A stretch of DNA of 64,000 nt from the NCBI GenBank assembly GCA_963718615.1, contig OY970368.1, positions 4,448,001 to 4,512,000 on the forward strand, written 5' to 3'. This document shows positions 22,107-32,118 of this stretch, piece after piece. A program made the translations under genes and the position numbers. How positions within the stretch are numbered: position 1 is the stretch's first letter; the number at the start of each line of letters is the position of its first letter. Under the pieces are notes generated by a model. That model did no database searches. It was not told the origin of the DNA and saw only the letters and a list, made by a program, of their open reading frames with translations. Source of the DNA: an uncultured cyanobacterium (GTDB taxonomy: Bacteria > Cyanobacteriota > Cyanobacteriia > PCC-9006 > JAAUQQ01).

Positions 22107-22358
22107 TCAAAAAAACATTCAATAAAGCCATCAATCTAGTGTTGCTCAAGCCTTCTCTGGGAACTTGAGTCACCCTATGCCGTCTTCGAGGAAACAGTTC
22201 CCATAATCACACCGGAATTAATCACACCGGAATCGCTCACAAGCAGCGTGAGATCACCCTTATCTCCTTTTGTTGATGGCCCCCATTTCTTTGCTTCTCA
22301 GATTTGGCCCAGCTCGGCCAAGGTTTGGCCACACCGTCGTTTAGATTCCAGAGAACCG

Positions 22359-22986
22359 ATGCGCTTTTCTCCCGTCTTCTCTAAAACCGTCTTCTCTAAA
22401 ACCGTTTCTGCTAAAACCGCATTGCTCTTGAGTTTGGCAACTTTAGGCATGGCGACCCTGGGGATGGCGATCGCCCCCCCTCCAGCCCAAAGTCAACCCC
22501 TTCTGGTGGCGACTCCGCCGAATCCCCGCTAGCCCCCCCGTTACTGAGACGGCTCCCACAACGGCTGCTCAAGCCATGCCCAAGGCCGCTAGTGACGGCA
22601 CGATCACCAGTTTATTTCAGTTTTCTAACGATGCTCGGGTTAAAGCCAAGCAAAATGCCCTGACCCTTTCCCCTCAGCTCTCAGCGGCGGCTCAGCGCCA
22701 TGCCAATGACCTGGCCAATGGGGCGAAGTTTTCCCATACGGGGTCGGATGGTTCGCAGATGGGCGATCGCATCAAAGCCACAGGCTACGTTTTCCGCACC
22801 GCCGGAGAAAATATCTATATGCAGGCTCCCCGCAACGGCCCCGCCGATGCGGTCAAGGGCTGGCTCAACAGCCCCGGTCATCGTGCGAATTTGCTCAGCA
22901 ACAAATTTACCGAAATCGGCCTTGGCTACGCCAGCAACGGCAACAAGCATTATTACGTGCAGGTCTTTGGCACACCGTTGCATTGA
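22359..22986 (+). CDS. Secreted CAP/SCP-domain protein, split by a +1 frameshift at about 22501 (probable sequence error)
   Basis: The signal-peptide ORF joins the CAP domain (AAQRHANDL..FSHTGSDG..AGENI..WLNSPGHRANLL..EIGLG..YYVQVFG) if one T is removed from CCTTCTGG. Confidence 0.85.
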
Positions 22987-23039
22987 CGCTCTCCCCCAAC
23001 CCTAAATGGGCATGGTCGGAGATTCCTATTTCTTAGTCT

Positions 23040-23600
23040 CACTTAGATAAATTAGGCGGTACCATTTATGGCTTTCGGGTTCGCCTGGTGCTCAACGCGC
23101 CTAGGGCTGTTCTCAGCTTGAGTTTGAGCACTGCCAAGGCCGATAAGAGCGAGCGTACCCGAGCTGGTGGTTGGCTTACAAGGCCAGCTATTAGGCGACA
23201 AGGGCTATATTCTCGCCCGGCCCTTAAAACTTGGCTCGCACAGCAGGGCATTAACTTGCTCACTCCCTTCAGGCAAAAAATGGAGGGACATAGCCCAAAA
23301 TTCACTCACACACTCAATTGTGGTAGACAGGTCGTTGAGACGGGTATAGGTAATCTCTGGCATTGGTTTGAAATTGAGAACATTCGATCTCGCGATCTCT
23401 GGCATTTGACTACTTGCACTGCTCGCAAGCTGCTATGATTTTCCTCAGTCGCTCTCATCGCAAGTCCGAGCTGCAATTCGGGAATACTATCCTGAATCGC
23501 TCCTTCGCCTATTAGGCTAAGTTGCATGTAGTAGCCAAAAAGCCAAATTTATGATTCCATAATATCACGCTAGTGTAGTGTAAGTTAGCACAATGTCAGC
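23040..23600 (+). mobile_element. Degraded IS982-family transposase remnant
   Basis: Fragments in different frames: GQLLGDKGYI, QGINLLTPFRQKM, RQVVET..L...FEIENIRSRDLWHL..RKLL. Ends are approximate. Confidence 0.7.
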
Positions 23601-23865
23601 ATTAATTTACTCCAAGTACTTCAGAACAAGAAAATAAACAAAATTTTACAAGAGATTATGCATAGTACGCATAAGGGAATTCGTGGCTCTCCAGTATGCA
23701 CTGCCCCTTCATGGCGAGGGAAAGGACTTTGTAAGTATACTTTCCTCTCAGTGTTGTTGATCGGTTGAAGATTTTGGCGATGGAAGACAGAACTAGTTCA
23801 AACGATCTAGCTGCGAAGACATTGAACGCTCTGTTTTCAAAATACCGAAAGCCACCAATTGCATA

Positions 23866-24300
23866 ATGAACACGGATTCTGTTCTTTCTGTTATAGCGTC
23901 CACTAGTTTTAAAGTTATTGTCTTTCCTTTTGCTTCAGTACTTTTGGTCTCTATCTCAAAATGGGCAACGGAAGTAAGTGCCAAAGGAAGAGACGAGGCT
24001 TTAAACTTCAAAGAATTAGCTACATTTGGACCAGACCTGACTGTTGGTTCAACTTTTACTCTAATTTCAGAGTCAATTGAAAGAATATCTGAAAGAGGAG
24101 AATCAAATCTTCTTTCGGCGATTATTTTGATTATGGTAGCTTTTGTGTTTGTAAATTTTGTATGGTTTAGTGCATTTATTTCTGGACGAGTCGGATACGA
24201 TCAGAATAAGAGGATAACCAATGCTGCGGTAATTACCCAAAATTGCATGGGAGTCTTCTTGATGTTTGTAACATATAAACTCTTAGTCATTTTTAAATAA
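23866..24300 (+). CDS. Hypothetical AT-rich multi-pass membrane protein
   Basis: 144-aa ORF with about 3-4 hydrophobic segments, 8 bp from the next ORF. Confidence 0.7.
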   Translation: MNTDSVLSVIASTSFKVIVFPFASVLLVSISKWATEVSAKGRDEALNFKELATFGPDLTVGSTFTLISESIERISERGESNLLSAIILIMVAFVFVNFVWFSAFISGRVGYDQNKRITNAAVITQNCMGVFLMFVTYKLLVIFK

Positions 24301-24308
24301 GCTCTAAA

Positions 24309-24983
24309 ATGCAAGGGAATCGCCTAACGACAAAAATCCGGAATCTCCCCAGAAACCAGAAAAAACTAACACTTTTTCTTCTGCAACTATCTGGTATAGG
24401 TTTCTTCATCACTTTTATACTTATTCCAGCATCCGCAATTCTACTGGGACAGATGTCGCCCGAAAATACCCGAATGTTTTTGGTAGACATAATTAGCACT
24501 GTTGTCCCTATATTGCTAGGCTTCATTGTGTATCAATTTATGCTGGATTTTTTGACCAGATTCTCAGTGAGCAGAGATAATCAAAGTAGTACGACATTAA
24601 ACAACAAGAAGCTAGCTAGCGAGAAAATTAGCAATGCGAACCAAGGAAAAACATTGGCTGTAATTGAAACGATTGAAACAATCGAAATAGAAGAGCAAGA
24701 AGAAGATCTTCCAAACACCCACAGAGAGGCTAAAAAGATTGTAGCCAAAAAAAAAGAAGAAATGATTTTAAGAGATGCTAAACATGAAACAATGCCTATT
24801 AAAATAGACATTGAAAGTGAGCCGGATATAACTGACTCAATCCAGGATCTCGAAAAAATACTTAAAAAGATAAAAGTTAATTTTATTAAATATCGTGAAC
24901 CAAGTTCAGGTCGACAAGAAGAACAGGAACTAGAGCAACTAATAGAAAAATTAATATACAGAATTAAGAGAAAAAAATCGTAA
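24309..24983 (+). CDS. Hypothetical AT-rich protein with 2 N-terminal TM helices and a charged coiled-coil tail
   Basis: 224-aa ORF; two hydrophobic helices followed by an E/K-rich domain. Confidence 0.7.
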   Translation: MQGNRLTTKIRNLPRNQKKLTLFLLQLSGIGFFITFILIPASAILLGQMSPENTRMFLVDIISTVVPILLGFIVYQFMLDFLTRFSVSRDNQSSTTLNNKKLASEKISNANQGKTLAVIETIETIEIEEQEEDLPNTHREAKKIVAKKKEEMILRDAKHETMPIKIDIESEPDITDSIQDLEKILKKIKVNFIKYREPSSGRQEEQELEQLIEKLIYRIKRKKS

Positions 24984-25098
24984 TTCTCTATCTCATGGAG
25001 TCAAACATTCCTGGAAAATCTGGTGATTTGATGCGTTAGACTGCCTTTAACGCAGGTGTCATTGCCGGAGGTCTGTCTCTTTACTCGATACCTACATA

Positions 25099-25347
25099 GG
25101 GGCATCTCGAAAAATAGCCATTTGTGTTCTCACTATGAGATTCTAGAGAAGGGATTGAAGGCAGCAGTGATGGCTCAACGCGGATTGTGGGATGAAGAAG
25201 CTCGGCAGGAGAAACTGGCGAGTAAGAAGAGTCTGCTGCCGCGTTTGGCCGAAATGGTTCCGTGGGAAAGCCTTCGAGAGACCTTGGAGAGGATCCACCA
25301 GAAGGAGCGCAAGAGCAATGCCGGGCGAAAGCCGATGGACGCGGTCT
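25099..25347 (+). mobile_element. IS5-family left end with truncated transposase
   Basis: Putative IR GGGCATCTCGAAAAA. ATG 25170 encodes MAQRGLWD..L.RL.EMVPWE..R..LE....ERKSNAGRKPMD; homology stops at the stop codon of the convergent gene. Confidence 0.8.
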
Positions 25348-25884
25348 CTAGTGAATCTCCCCAAACAGTTCGTTTAGCCAAGACAAGGCCGCTAAGCCTT
25401 CCACATTTTCACGACAGGGCAAGTGAAAAAAATCAGCCAGTGTATGAGCCATTTTCCAGGTCTGGGCATGATTCCCCGTGTTTTGTGTCAAGGAAACCGC
25501 TTTCCCTGAGCGAAGGAGCAGCCGAACCCGGTAACGTTTGTTGTATCGGTAGGTTCGGCCATAGAGCTCAATCCAGCATATCTGCTGGAGATGACACTGC
25601 ATTTGCCGCATCCTACGGATCCCTTGGCGACGCAGGGTGAGGGTGTGGGTTTGGCGATCGCAGTGGCAGATCAGAACTTCAGATCGAAAGATCGTCACTC
25701 CCCCAATCCCCAAAAGCACAAGCATGGGTAAAAGCGCTAACCACTGCCCCGTAGTGATCACCTGACTGATTTGGACCAGAATTCCAGCCCCGCCCCCTAA
25801 GCCATAGAGCAGGCCAAGACCTAGGGAGGCCCATGGCCAATCCTGAAACGATAACCGTTTCTCATCCTGGTGCAGAATCTGCAT
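25348..25884 (-). CDS. Hypothetical membrane protein
   Basis: Two TM helices plus a soluble C-terminal domain. Confidence 0.7.
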   Translation of the reverse strand: MQILHQDEKRLSFQDWPWASLGLGLLYGLGGGAGILVQISQVITTGQWLALLPMLVLLGIGGVTIFRSEVLICHCDRQTHTLTLRRQGIRRMRQMQCHLQQICWIELYGRTYRYNKRYRVRLLLRSGKAVSLTQNTGNHAQTWKMAHTLADFFHLPCRENVEGLAALSWLNELFGEIH

Positions 25885-25998
25885 GGCAAATGGCCCATTC
25901 ACAGCAAATCAATCGCCAATCAACAGCCAATCAATAAACTCAGAGTTCCCTCCCCTGCATCGGACAATCGTTTTGATCGCACAATCCTGTCTCCGATG

Positions 25999-27369
25999 CT
26001 ATTCCAAAGTTGCGGACGACTCTAAGGTTCTTACGGTTAAAACCTGTGGCGGTGTCGAATCCGGTGGATAGAGAAAATCCACCTGGACCAACCGCTGTCC
26101 ACCGGGCGGCAGATTGAGCGTCACGAGCGGTTCCCCCTGCTGTCCTCGTTTGTGTACCAAATGCACATAGCGGGTGCGGGGTAGATTTTTGTCATCTTGA
26201 TAACGCACCCGCACCGTTCCTCGGAAAAAGGTTTGGCGGGGCAAGGTTTCAAAAAAACGCAGGCCATTTTGGGAAAGCTGATCTTCTTTGATGGGCGTTT
26301 CCAGCGCTACCGTCACCGTTTGAGGCCGATCCGTCGGATTGATGAGCGGTAACGACAAATCGTACTCAATGCCGTAATTGCCGTGGGCCTGGTAGGCCGT
26401 ATCGGGGTAACGCACCAGCATCTGTGCCGACTGATTTTGTCCTGTGCCCAACCGACCCACATGGAGCGTGCTCAGGCCATAGGAAAAGGCTTCTCCCGCA
26501 GCGGGGAGGGTCAGGCGGAAATCTGGGCGATCGCTCAACTTCGCCTGCCAGCGGGATCCCTCTGCAACCCCTGCGACCCGGCTGTAGATCACGGACCCGG
26601 TTTGATCGAGGGGGGTGGGGGTGCGATCGCGGGGTCCTGCCAAATTTCCCTGGTTTAAGAGGGCTTTCCATTCGGAGAACTTGGGCGATCGCTCCCCCTC
26701 CGGCTGATTCGCATCCGCCTTGGCAAACATCGCCAAACTCGCCAATCGCACCGGTCCATCGCTATAGAGCCGCAGGAGGGTTGAGCGTCCATTAATCGGT
26801 GGGGTCAACGGGCGCACCGGAATCGGCAGATCCAGCAGCATCGCCATTTCCCCCGGCGGAATCGTCAGCTTAGCCGGAAGATCTGCCTGCCGCTGTCCCC
26901 GCAATACATCGCTCATGACCCGGCTTCCCGGCCCTGCATAGACCTCACCCCTAGGATTTTCTACCATGGGCGGTAGATCGATAAACGGTGCATCCGGCTG
27001 GCTGAGATAGCTGGCTCCCTGGAGAACATCGAGAGTCACGGGGCGATCGCTAGGGTTGTAAGCAATGACACCTAAATACAGCGTCCGCAAATCCTCAGGG
27101 GGATCAGCCTTGGCAATGTGGTGGGCAAACAGATCAAATCGACCCTGAAATTCATAGTCCAGGTGGGCTGCGGGGGTTACCTTGCCCTGGGGAGAAAAGG
27201 TGGAGAGCAAAATGCCCTCCTGCTGGACCAGTTCTGGGCTATTGCTATTGAAAACGGGGACTGTGTCTAGGTTGCCGGGGAGCGATCGCACCGTCTGAGG
27301 CCGAACCACTTCGGCAGGGGGCGGTGTTTGGGCCAGGAGCATAGGAGGTGTAATTGGAAACAGAAACAT
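25999..27369 (-). CDS. DUF3370 family protein
   Basis: LPGNLD.VPVFNSNSPE, GILLSTF, YSRVAGV, AHGNYGIEY, YPPDSTPPQVLT. Confidence 0.88.
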   Translation of the reverse strand: MFLFPITPPMLLAQTPPPAEVVRPQTVRSLPGNLDTVPVFNSNSPELVQQEGILLSTFSPQGKVTPAAHLDYEFQGRFDLFAHHIAKADPPEDLRTLYLGVIAYNPSDRPVTLDVLQGASYLSQPDAPFIDLPPMVENPRGEVYAGPGSRVMSDVLRGQRQADLPAKLTIPPGEMAMLLDLPIPVRPLTPPINGRSTLLRLYSDGPVRLASLAMFAKADANQPEGERSPKFSEWKALLNQGNLAGPRDRTPTPLDQTGSVIYSRVAGVAEGSRWQAKLSDRPDFRLTLPAAGEAFSYGLSTLHVGRLGTGQNQSAQMLVRYPDTAYQAHGNYGIEYDLSLPLINPTDRPQTVTVALETPIKEDQLSQNGLRFFETLPRQTFFRGTVRVRYQDDKNLPRTRYVHLVHKRGQQGEPLVTLNLPPGGQRLVQVDFLYPPDSTPPQVLTVRTLESSATLE

Positions 27370-27560
27370 GAGATAAAAACAATAGTTTTTCGTAAGAGTT
27401 ATCGGACGAGGGGGTTTGTGCTGGAGTAATGGAATAAGGGTGTGTGTGCTACGGACGATTTTGTTGCCGAATAATTTGCAACCTGTTTCTCGACCCGTTT
27501 CTCAGCCTAGCGTTCGGCCCGTTTCCTAGCCAGTCTCATTTTGCTGCTTCCAGATCCTCC

Positions 27561-28184
27561 ATGGCACAAGCAATTCGTATTCTTCTCATTGACGATCAAA
27601 CAACGATTCGGCAAGCCTTGCAAATGCTGCTGGAGCGAGAGCCCGGTTTTGAAATTGTAGGAGGTGCCGCCGATGGCGAAACCGGCCTCGCTTTTGTCGA
27701 GCGTCTTTGCCCCGACATTGTCTTAGTTGACATTGAAATGCCGGGAATTGACGGGATTGAAACCGCCAGTATTATCCATAATCGCTATCCTTCGACCAAG
27801 GTCTTGATGCTGACTGGGCAAGATGACAAAAGTTGCTTGCAGCGGGCCTTACAAGCAGGAGCCAAAGGGTATTTGTTAAAAACAACACCTGCAGAAGATT
27901 TGGTCTATGCGATTCGGGCAGTGCAAAAAGGCTATAGCCAAGTCAGTCCCGGCCTGATCGAAAAAATGATGGAGAGCCCCCTAGAAGCAACTCCAACGGC
28001 TTCGGTGCGTGAAGAATCTAGATCATCTCTCAGCACCTCCCAGTCGGGACAATTTATGCGTTGCATTGCAACTTTGCAGGAAATCGATCTCAGGCTCAAA
28101 TCACTACAACCTCGTATCCAACCGCTATTAGAACGTACTAAGGTTTTACAGACTCGTCTTAATGCGCTAAAAATTCAAGTCTGA
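27561..28184 (+). CDS. NarL-type receiver domain with a C-terminal coiled coil instead of a LuxR HTH
   Basis: ILLIDD..DIVLVDIEMPGIDG..AGAKGYLLK; no LTxRE HTH motif. Confidence 0.85.
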   Translation: MAQAIRILLIDDQTTIRQALQMLLEREPGFEIVGGAADGETGLAFVERLCPDIVLVDIEMPGIDGIETASIIHNRYPSTKVLMLTGQDDKSCLQRALQAGAKGYLLKTTPAEDLVYAIRAVQKGYSQVSPGLIEKMMESPLEATPTASVREESRSSLSTSQSGQFMRCIATLQEIDLRLKSLQPRIQPLLERTKVLQTRLNALKIQV

Positions 28185-28395
28185 GTCGCATCAAATTTGA
28201 GTCGCATCAAGGTTTAGCATCAAGGTTTAAAGGGGCAACCCCGAGAAACAGTTTTCTAGAAAAGACAAGCCTAAACTAGGGGTTTATAACGACTTTAATA
28301 AAGTCGAAATCCCTGTATTTTTGCTCTTGACTGACTGATAGTTTCTGGCCTTTGTCGGGCATGTTGAAATCATAGAAATACTGCAAGGAGCCACT

Positions 28396-29091
28396 ATGGC
28401 CTTACAGCAATCCACCACCGATTTTGAGCAAATTGAGCAAAAGCTCATCGGCTTTAGTCAACAGATTGCACAATCGAGTTCCGTTCTGGATAATCTGGCT
28501 GTCATTCAAACCCAGTTTGAAGATTTAGCTCAGACTTATCAATCGCTCAAAGACTATACGCACCAAGCCAAACTTAAAAATCAAAATCTGGAGAGTGCTC
28601 AGGCCGAAACGGAACGACGCCTCCAGGCCCTAGACAGTCGGCTCGGCACACTGCAAAGTTCCCTCGCAACGATGCAGAAGGACTGGGAAAACCCGCGCGA
28701 AGCCGTCGAAATTTATCTCGACAATCTAGAAAATCGCCTGAGAACGGAATTGCGCGGGGCGCTCAACCATATGGAGCAAGCGGGCTTCAATCCAACCCAG
28801 TTGGACAAGCTCGATAAGCTAGACACCCAAGTTCGCGCTTTTCGCACGTCCCTGCGCACGGCTGAGCGACGCGGACGCATTTTGCAAAACTGGCTAGTGG
28901 CGACCAGCATTACGGCGCTGATGGCGCTGGGGATTCCGCTCCTGCTGCCTTTTGTGCGCCCTGACGCGCAGCCCACGCCTGCCCGCGAAGTCAAGGCCGC
29001 CCCTGCTAAGGATCAGGCGGGATCCCCGTCCTCCGAGCCATCCTCTGGAATGTCAGAAGAGACCTCTTCGAGCTTGGAGATGGCACCCTAG
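28396..29091 (+). CDS. Hypothetical coiled-coil protein with a C-terminal TM helix
   Basis: Heptad-rich sequence, TM WLVATSITALMALGIPLLL; AAGGAG RBS. Confidence 0.75.
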   Translation: MALQQSTTDFEQIEQKLIGFSQQIAQSSSVLDNLAVIQTQFEDLAQTYQSLKDYTHQAKLKNQNLESAQAETERRLQALDSRLGTLQSSLATMQKDWENPREAVEIYLDNLENRLRTELRGALNHMEQAGFNPTQLDKLDKLDTQVRAFRTSLRTAERRGRILQNWLVATSITALMALGIPLLLPFVRPDAQPTPAREVKAAPAKDQAGSPSSEPSSGMSEETSSSLEMAP

Positions 29092-29190
29092 ACTGGCTCT
29101 AGACCGACCTAGACCGTAGTAACAATTCACTTTCGGGGCAGAATGGGGGGATAATTAACCGCTGTTTTTCTTACCGAAGCCGCGATCGCC

Positions 29191-29550
29191 ATGTCCTTGT
29201 CTTCCGACACTCCTCTCATCCAGGTTTCTGTTGAGCAGTTGGCCCAGCGATTGGCCACTGCCGATCCTGGCGAAGTTCAACTGATTGATGTCCGTGAACC
29301 GAATGAAGCGGCGATCGCTGCCATCGAAGGCTTTGAGCTACTCCCTCTGAGTCAGCACGAGCAGTGGGAAAGCACGATTGCCGATCGCTTTGACCCCCAC
29401 CGTGAAACCTATGTGCTTTGTCACCATGGCATGCGTTCTGCGCGGATGTGCCAATGGTTGATTGCTCAGGGGTTTACGGAGGTTCGCAATATTGCGGGGG
29501 GAATTGAGGCCTATGCTCAGCAGGTAGATACCTCGGTGCCTCGGTATTAA
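29191..29550 (+). CDS. Single-domain rhodanese
   Basis: LIDVREPNE, LCHHGMRS, NIAGGIEAY. Confidence 0.92.
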   Translation: MSLSSDTPLIQVSVEQLAQRLATADPGEVQLIDVREPNEAAIAAIEGFELLPLSQHEQWESTIADRFDPHRETYVLCHHGMRSARMCQWLIAQGFTEVRNIAGGIEAYAQQVDTSVPRY

Positions 29551-29741
29551 ATGTTTGCCAGGGGCAGTTTAGAGAATGTTTACCGATGGGGGAGAGATTA
29601 TAGAGTATCTGTGGGATTTGAAGGCATCTGCTATCCTTAAACCACCCTTAAATTTTGATCCGCTTCGGCATTCAAGGTTGGGGCTAGTCTGTTCGAGCTC
29701 AATTTTTGAACTTTTCTGGAAAGCTCTCGCCCGCTGATGCC

Positions 29742-30827
29742 ATGACGATTTTTGTCGAGCTTACCCAGCGACAACAGCAGATCCTACAAGCGACGGTGCA
29801 GCATTATGTGGCAACCGCCGAGCCCGTAGGCTCGAAAGCCTTGGCCACGGAATATAACTTTCAGGTGAGTCCTGCGACGATTCGCAATGCCATGGGCTCC
29901 CTAGAGAAGTTTGGTTTGCTGTACCAACCCCATACCTCTGCTGGACGCATTCCCTCAGACTCAGGATATCGGCTCTATGTCGATCGACTCATGAGGCCCT
30001 CGGAAGCTCAATCTCGACGGGTTGAACTAGAGCTATCGGGTCGTTTGCGCACGGAAGAATGGAGTGTTGAGGCAGTCCTGCGGGGAGCCGCTCAAATTTT
30101 ATCCAGTCTTAGCGGTTATATCACGTTGATTACGCTACCTCGGACGGTAACGGCCTGTCTGCATCATTTGCAGGTGGTGCAAGTGGGGCAAGATCGAGCC
30201 ATGTTGATTGTAGTGACGGATTCCTACCAAACTCACTCGGGGATTTTTGACCTCTCCCCTCAGCCCGATGCGGTCTTAGGCTCTGAAGCCGAAGTCCAGG
30301 TTCAGCAGGAGCTAGAGCTGCTCTCTAATTTTCTCAATCACCATCTGCGGGCTCAGCCCCTCGCAGATCTGGGGCAACTCGATTGGCAAGCTCTGGGCCA
30401 GGAGTTTCAGCGTTATAAACGCGATATTGGCGCTTTTTTGATGGCCCTAAGCGAGAGCTACAAGGTTCCCCATCTGACTCAAATCTTGATCAGCGGCGTT
30501 TCTGAAATATTGCGTCAGCCTGAGTTTAACGAACTTCAACAGTTTCAAACGCTTATTCATTTATTGGAAGATGAGCAGGAATTACTGTGGCCTTTAATTT
30601 TTGAATCTGCCGAGACGTCCCCTGCGGAGCGACGGGCTAAGGTGCGGATTGGCAGTGAAAACCCCCTAGAGCCCATGCAAGCCTGTGCCTTGATTTCTGC
30701 GGTCTATCATCGCGGCAGTGAACCTGTGGGCAGTGTTGGGATTTTGGGGCCAACGCGCATGGCCTATGAAAATGCGATCGCCGCTGTCGAAGCTACGGCA
30801 GACTATATTTCCGAACGCCTTTTATAG
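29742..30827 (+). CDS. hrcA: Heat-inducible transcription repressor HrcA
   Basis: EPVGSK, SPATIRNAM, QPHTSAGRIPSDSGYR, GILGPTRMAY. Confidence 0.97.
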   Translation: MTIFVELTQRQQQILQATVQHYVATAEPVGSKALATEYNFQVSPATIRNAMGSLEKFGLLYQPHTSAGRIPSDSGYRLYVDRLMRPSEAQSRRVELELSGRLRTEEWSVEAVLRGAAQILSSLSGYITLITLPRTVTACLHHLQVVQVGQDRAMLIVVTDSYQTHSGIFDLSPQPDAVLGSEAEVQVQQELELLSNFLNHHLRAQPLADLGQLDWQALGQEFQRYKRDIGAFLMALSESYKVPHLTQILISGVSEILRQPEFNELQQFQTLIHLLEDEQELLWPLIFESAETSPAERRAKVRIGSENPLEPMQACALISAVYHRGSEPVGSVGILGPTRMAYENAIAAVEATADYISERLL

Positions 30828-31030
30828 CAAAAATTCTCGTTTCCATCGGTTTTTCGCAGGGCTTCAAAGCACAGAGCTTCAAAGAACGTTGTGGTAGTTA
30901 ATCTAAAACTCTTTTTTGGACACTTTTAAGTTCCGTAAAGCTTTGGTTTTGATGGGAACATCCCGCCAGATTTGCCCATCTTAAAATCAGAGGGAACATC
31001 TCAATAATCCTACAAAGTATTGAGCCAAGA

Positions 31031-31588
31031 ATGATGAAAGTGTCTCAGATTGCTGCCGTTACGTTTGCTGTTGCGACATCGGGTCTTCTTCTCTCGTTGC
31101 CTGCGATCGCCCAACAACGAATCTGTATCGTGGATGACAACAACGGGGAGGTTTTTTGCGGACGCCCCGCCACGGCCCAGGAAATTCGTCAGGCCGATGG
31201 GCAATGGTCCAACTCAGGTCGCTATGGCAATCGGGGTACTAACCGTAGCATTGTGGTCACTAAGCGTACTTCTAACTCCGATCCCTACGCGGTTTACGAT
31301 GCTTTAGACGACATTTATCAAGATATTCTCAATCGAGCCATCGATCGCGATGGTCTACGTCTCTATACCAGCCGCCTCAACCAAGGCTGGAACCTTGCGC
31401 GGGTGCGTAGCGACATTGCCACGAGCCGCGAAGCCGAGGATCGCCTCAACGATTTGTTTCAACAGATCTTAAGTCGCCCCATCGATGGCGGCGGTCTCAA
31501 AACCTATCGCAACCGCTTGGCCAACGGCTGGTCCTTACGGGACGTGGAGCGGGATATCCGCAATAGCCGCGAGGCTCGCGGACGCTAG
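31031..31588 (+). CDS. Secreted protein with two DUF4214-like helical repeats
   Basis: Signal peptide; repeats YQDILNRAIDRDGL..GWNL.RVRSDI..SREA and FQQILSRPIDGGGL..GWSL.DVERDI..SREA. Confidence 0.75.
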   Translation: MMKVSQIAAVTFAVATSGLLLSLPAIAQQRICIVDDNNGEVFCGRPATAQEIRQADGQWSNSGRYGNRGTNRSIVVTKRTSNSDPYAVYDALDDIYQDILNRAIDRDGLRLYTSRLNQGWNLARVRSDIATSREAEDRLNDLFQQILSRPIDGGGLKTYRNRLANGWSLRDVERDIRNSREARGR

Positions 31589-31650
31589 CCGCTAACGAGG
31601 CAGGGCTGTAGGATAGGAGTAGTTTGCCATCGGAACGGCTGGAAATTCCT

Positions 31651-32118
31651 ATGGACCCTTCTGTTCAAGCCTTGCTCAGCGATTTAAAGAGTGAAGAAGA
31701 AGAACGGCGCGATCGCGCCACCCAGTCTCTTTGGCAACGCTGGTTTCACCAAAAGGGTCTGATCGGCCTTGAAACGCTTCAGCAGGCTCAATATCTGATG
31801 GATGCTGATGATTTTGAGCAGGCCGAGATGGTCCTAAGTGATCTGATTGCTGCCCAGCCGGACTTTGCAGAAGCTTGGAACCGTCGGGCTGTGCTGCGCT
31901 ATACCCAAGGCCGCTATCGCCCAGCCATCCTCGATTGCCGCACCGTCCTACGGTTAGTGCCTTACCACTTTGGGGCGCTCCATGGGGTGGGTCTTTGTTA
32001 TGCTGCCCTGGGCGAGTACCGAGAAGCCATCCATGCCTTTCACAAAGCCTTAGAGGTTCAGCCCCACGCCACTATCAATCGCGTTTTGTTGTTGGAATGC
32101 ACCACTCGTCTCTCCTAA
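31651..32118 (+). CDS. TPR-repeat protein
   Basis: [25 protein letters not shown]. Confidence 0.88.
   Translation: MDPSVQALLSDLKSEEEERRDRATQSLWQRWFHQKGLIGLETLQQAQYLMDADDFEQAEMVLSDLIAAQPDFAEAWNRRAVLRYTQGRYRPAILDCRTVLRLVPYHFGALHGVGLCYAALGEYREAIHAFHKALEVQPHATINRVLLLECTTRLS

Noticed and set aside
25348-25640. C-terminal part of the 194-aa ORF 25056..25640 as a novel transposase fusion
   Set aside because: IS5 homology ends at about 25347; the rest is antisense to the neighbouring gene.
31875-32096. N-terminal extension of the CHASE kinase ORF
   Set aside because: It overlaps the TPR gene in another frame; the real start is at 32097 or 32136.
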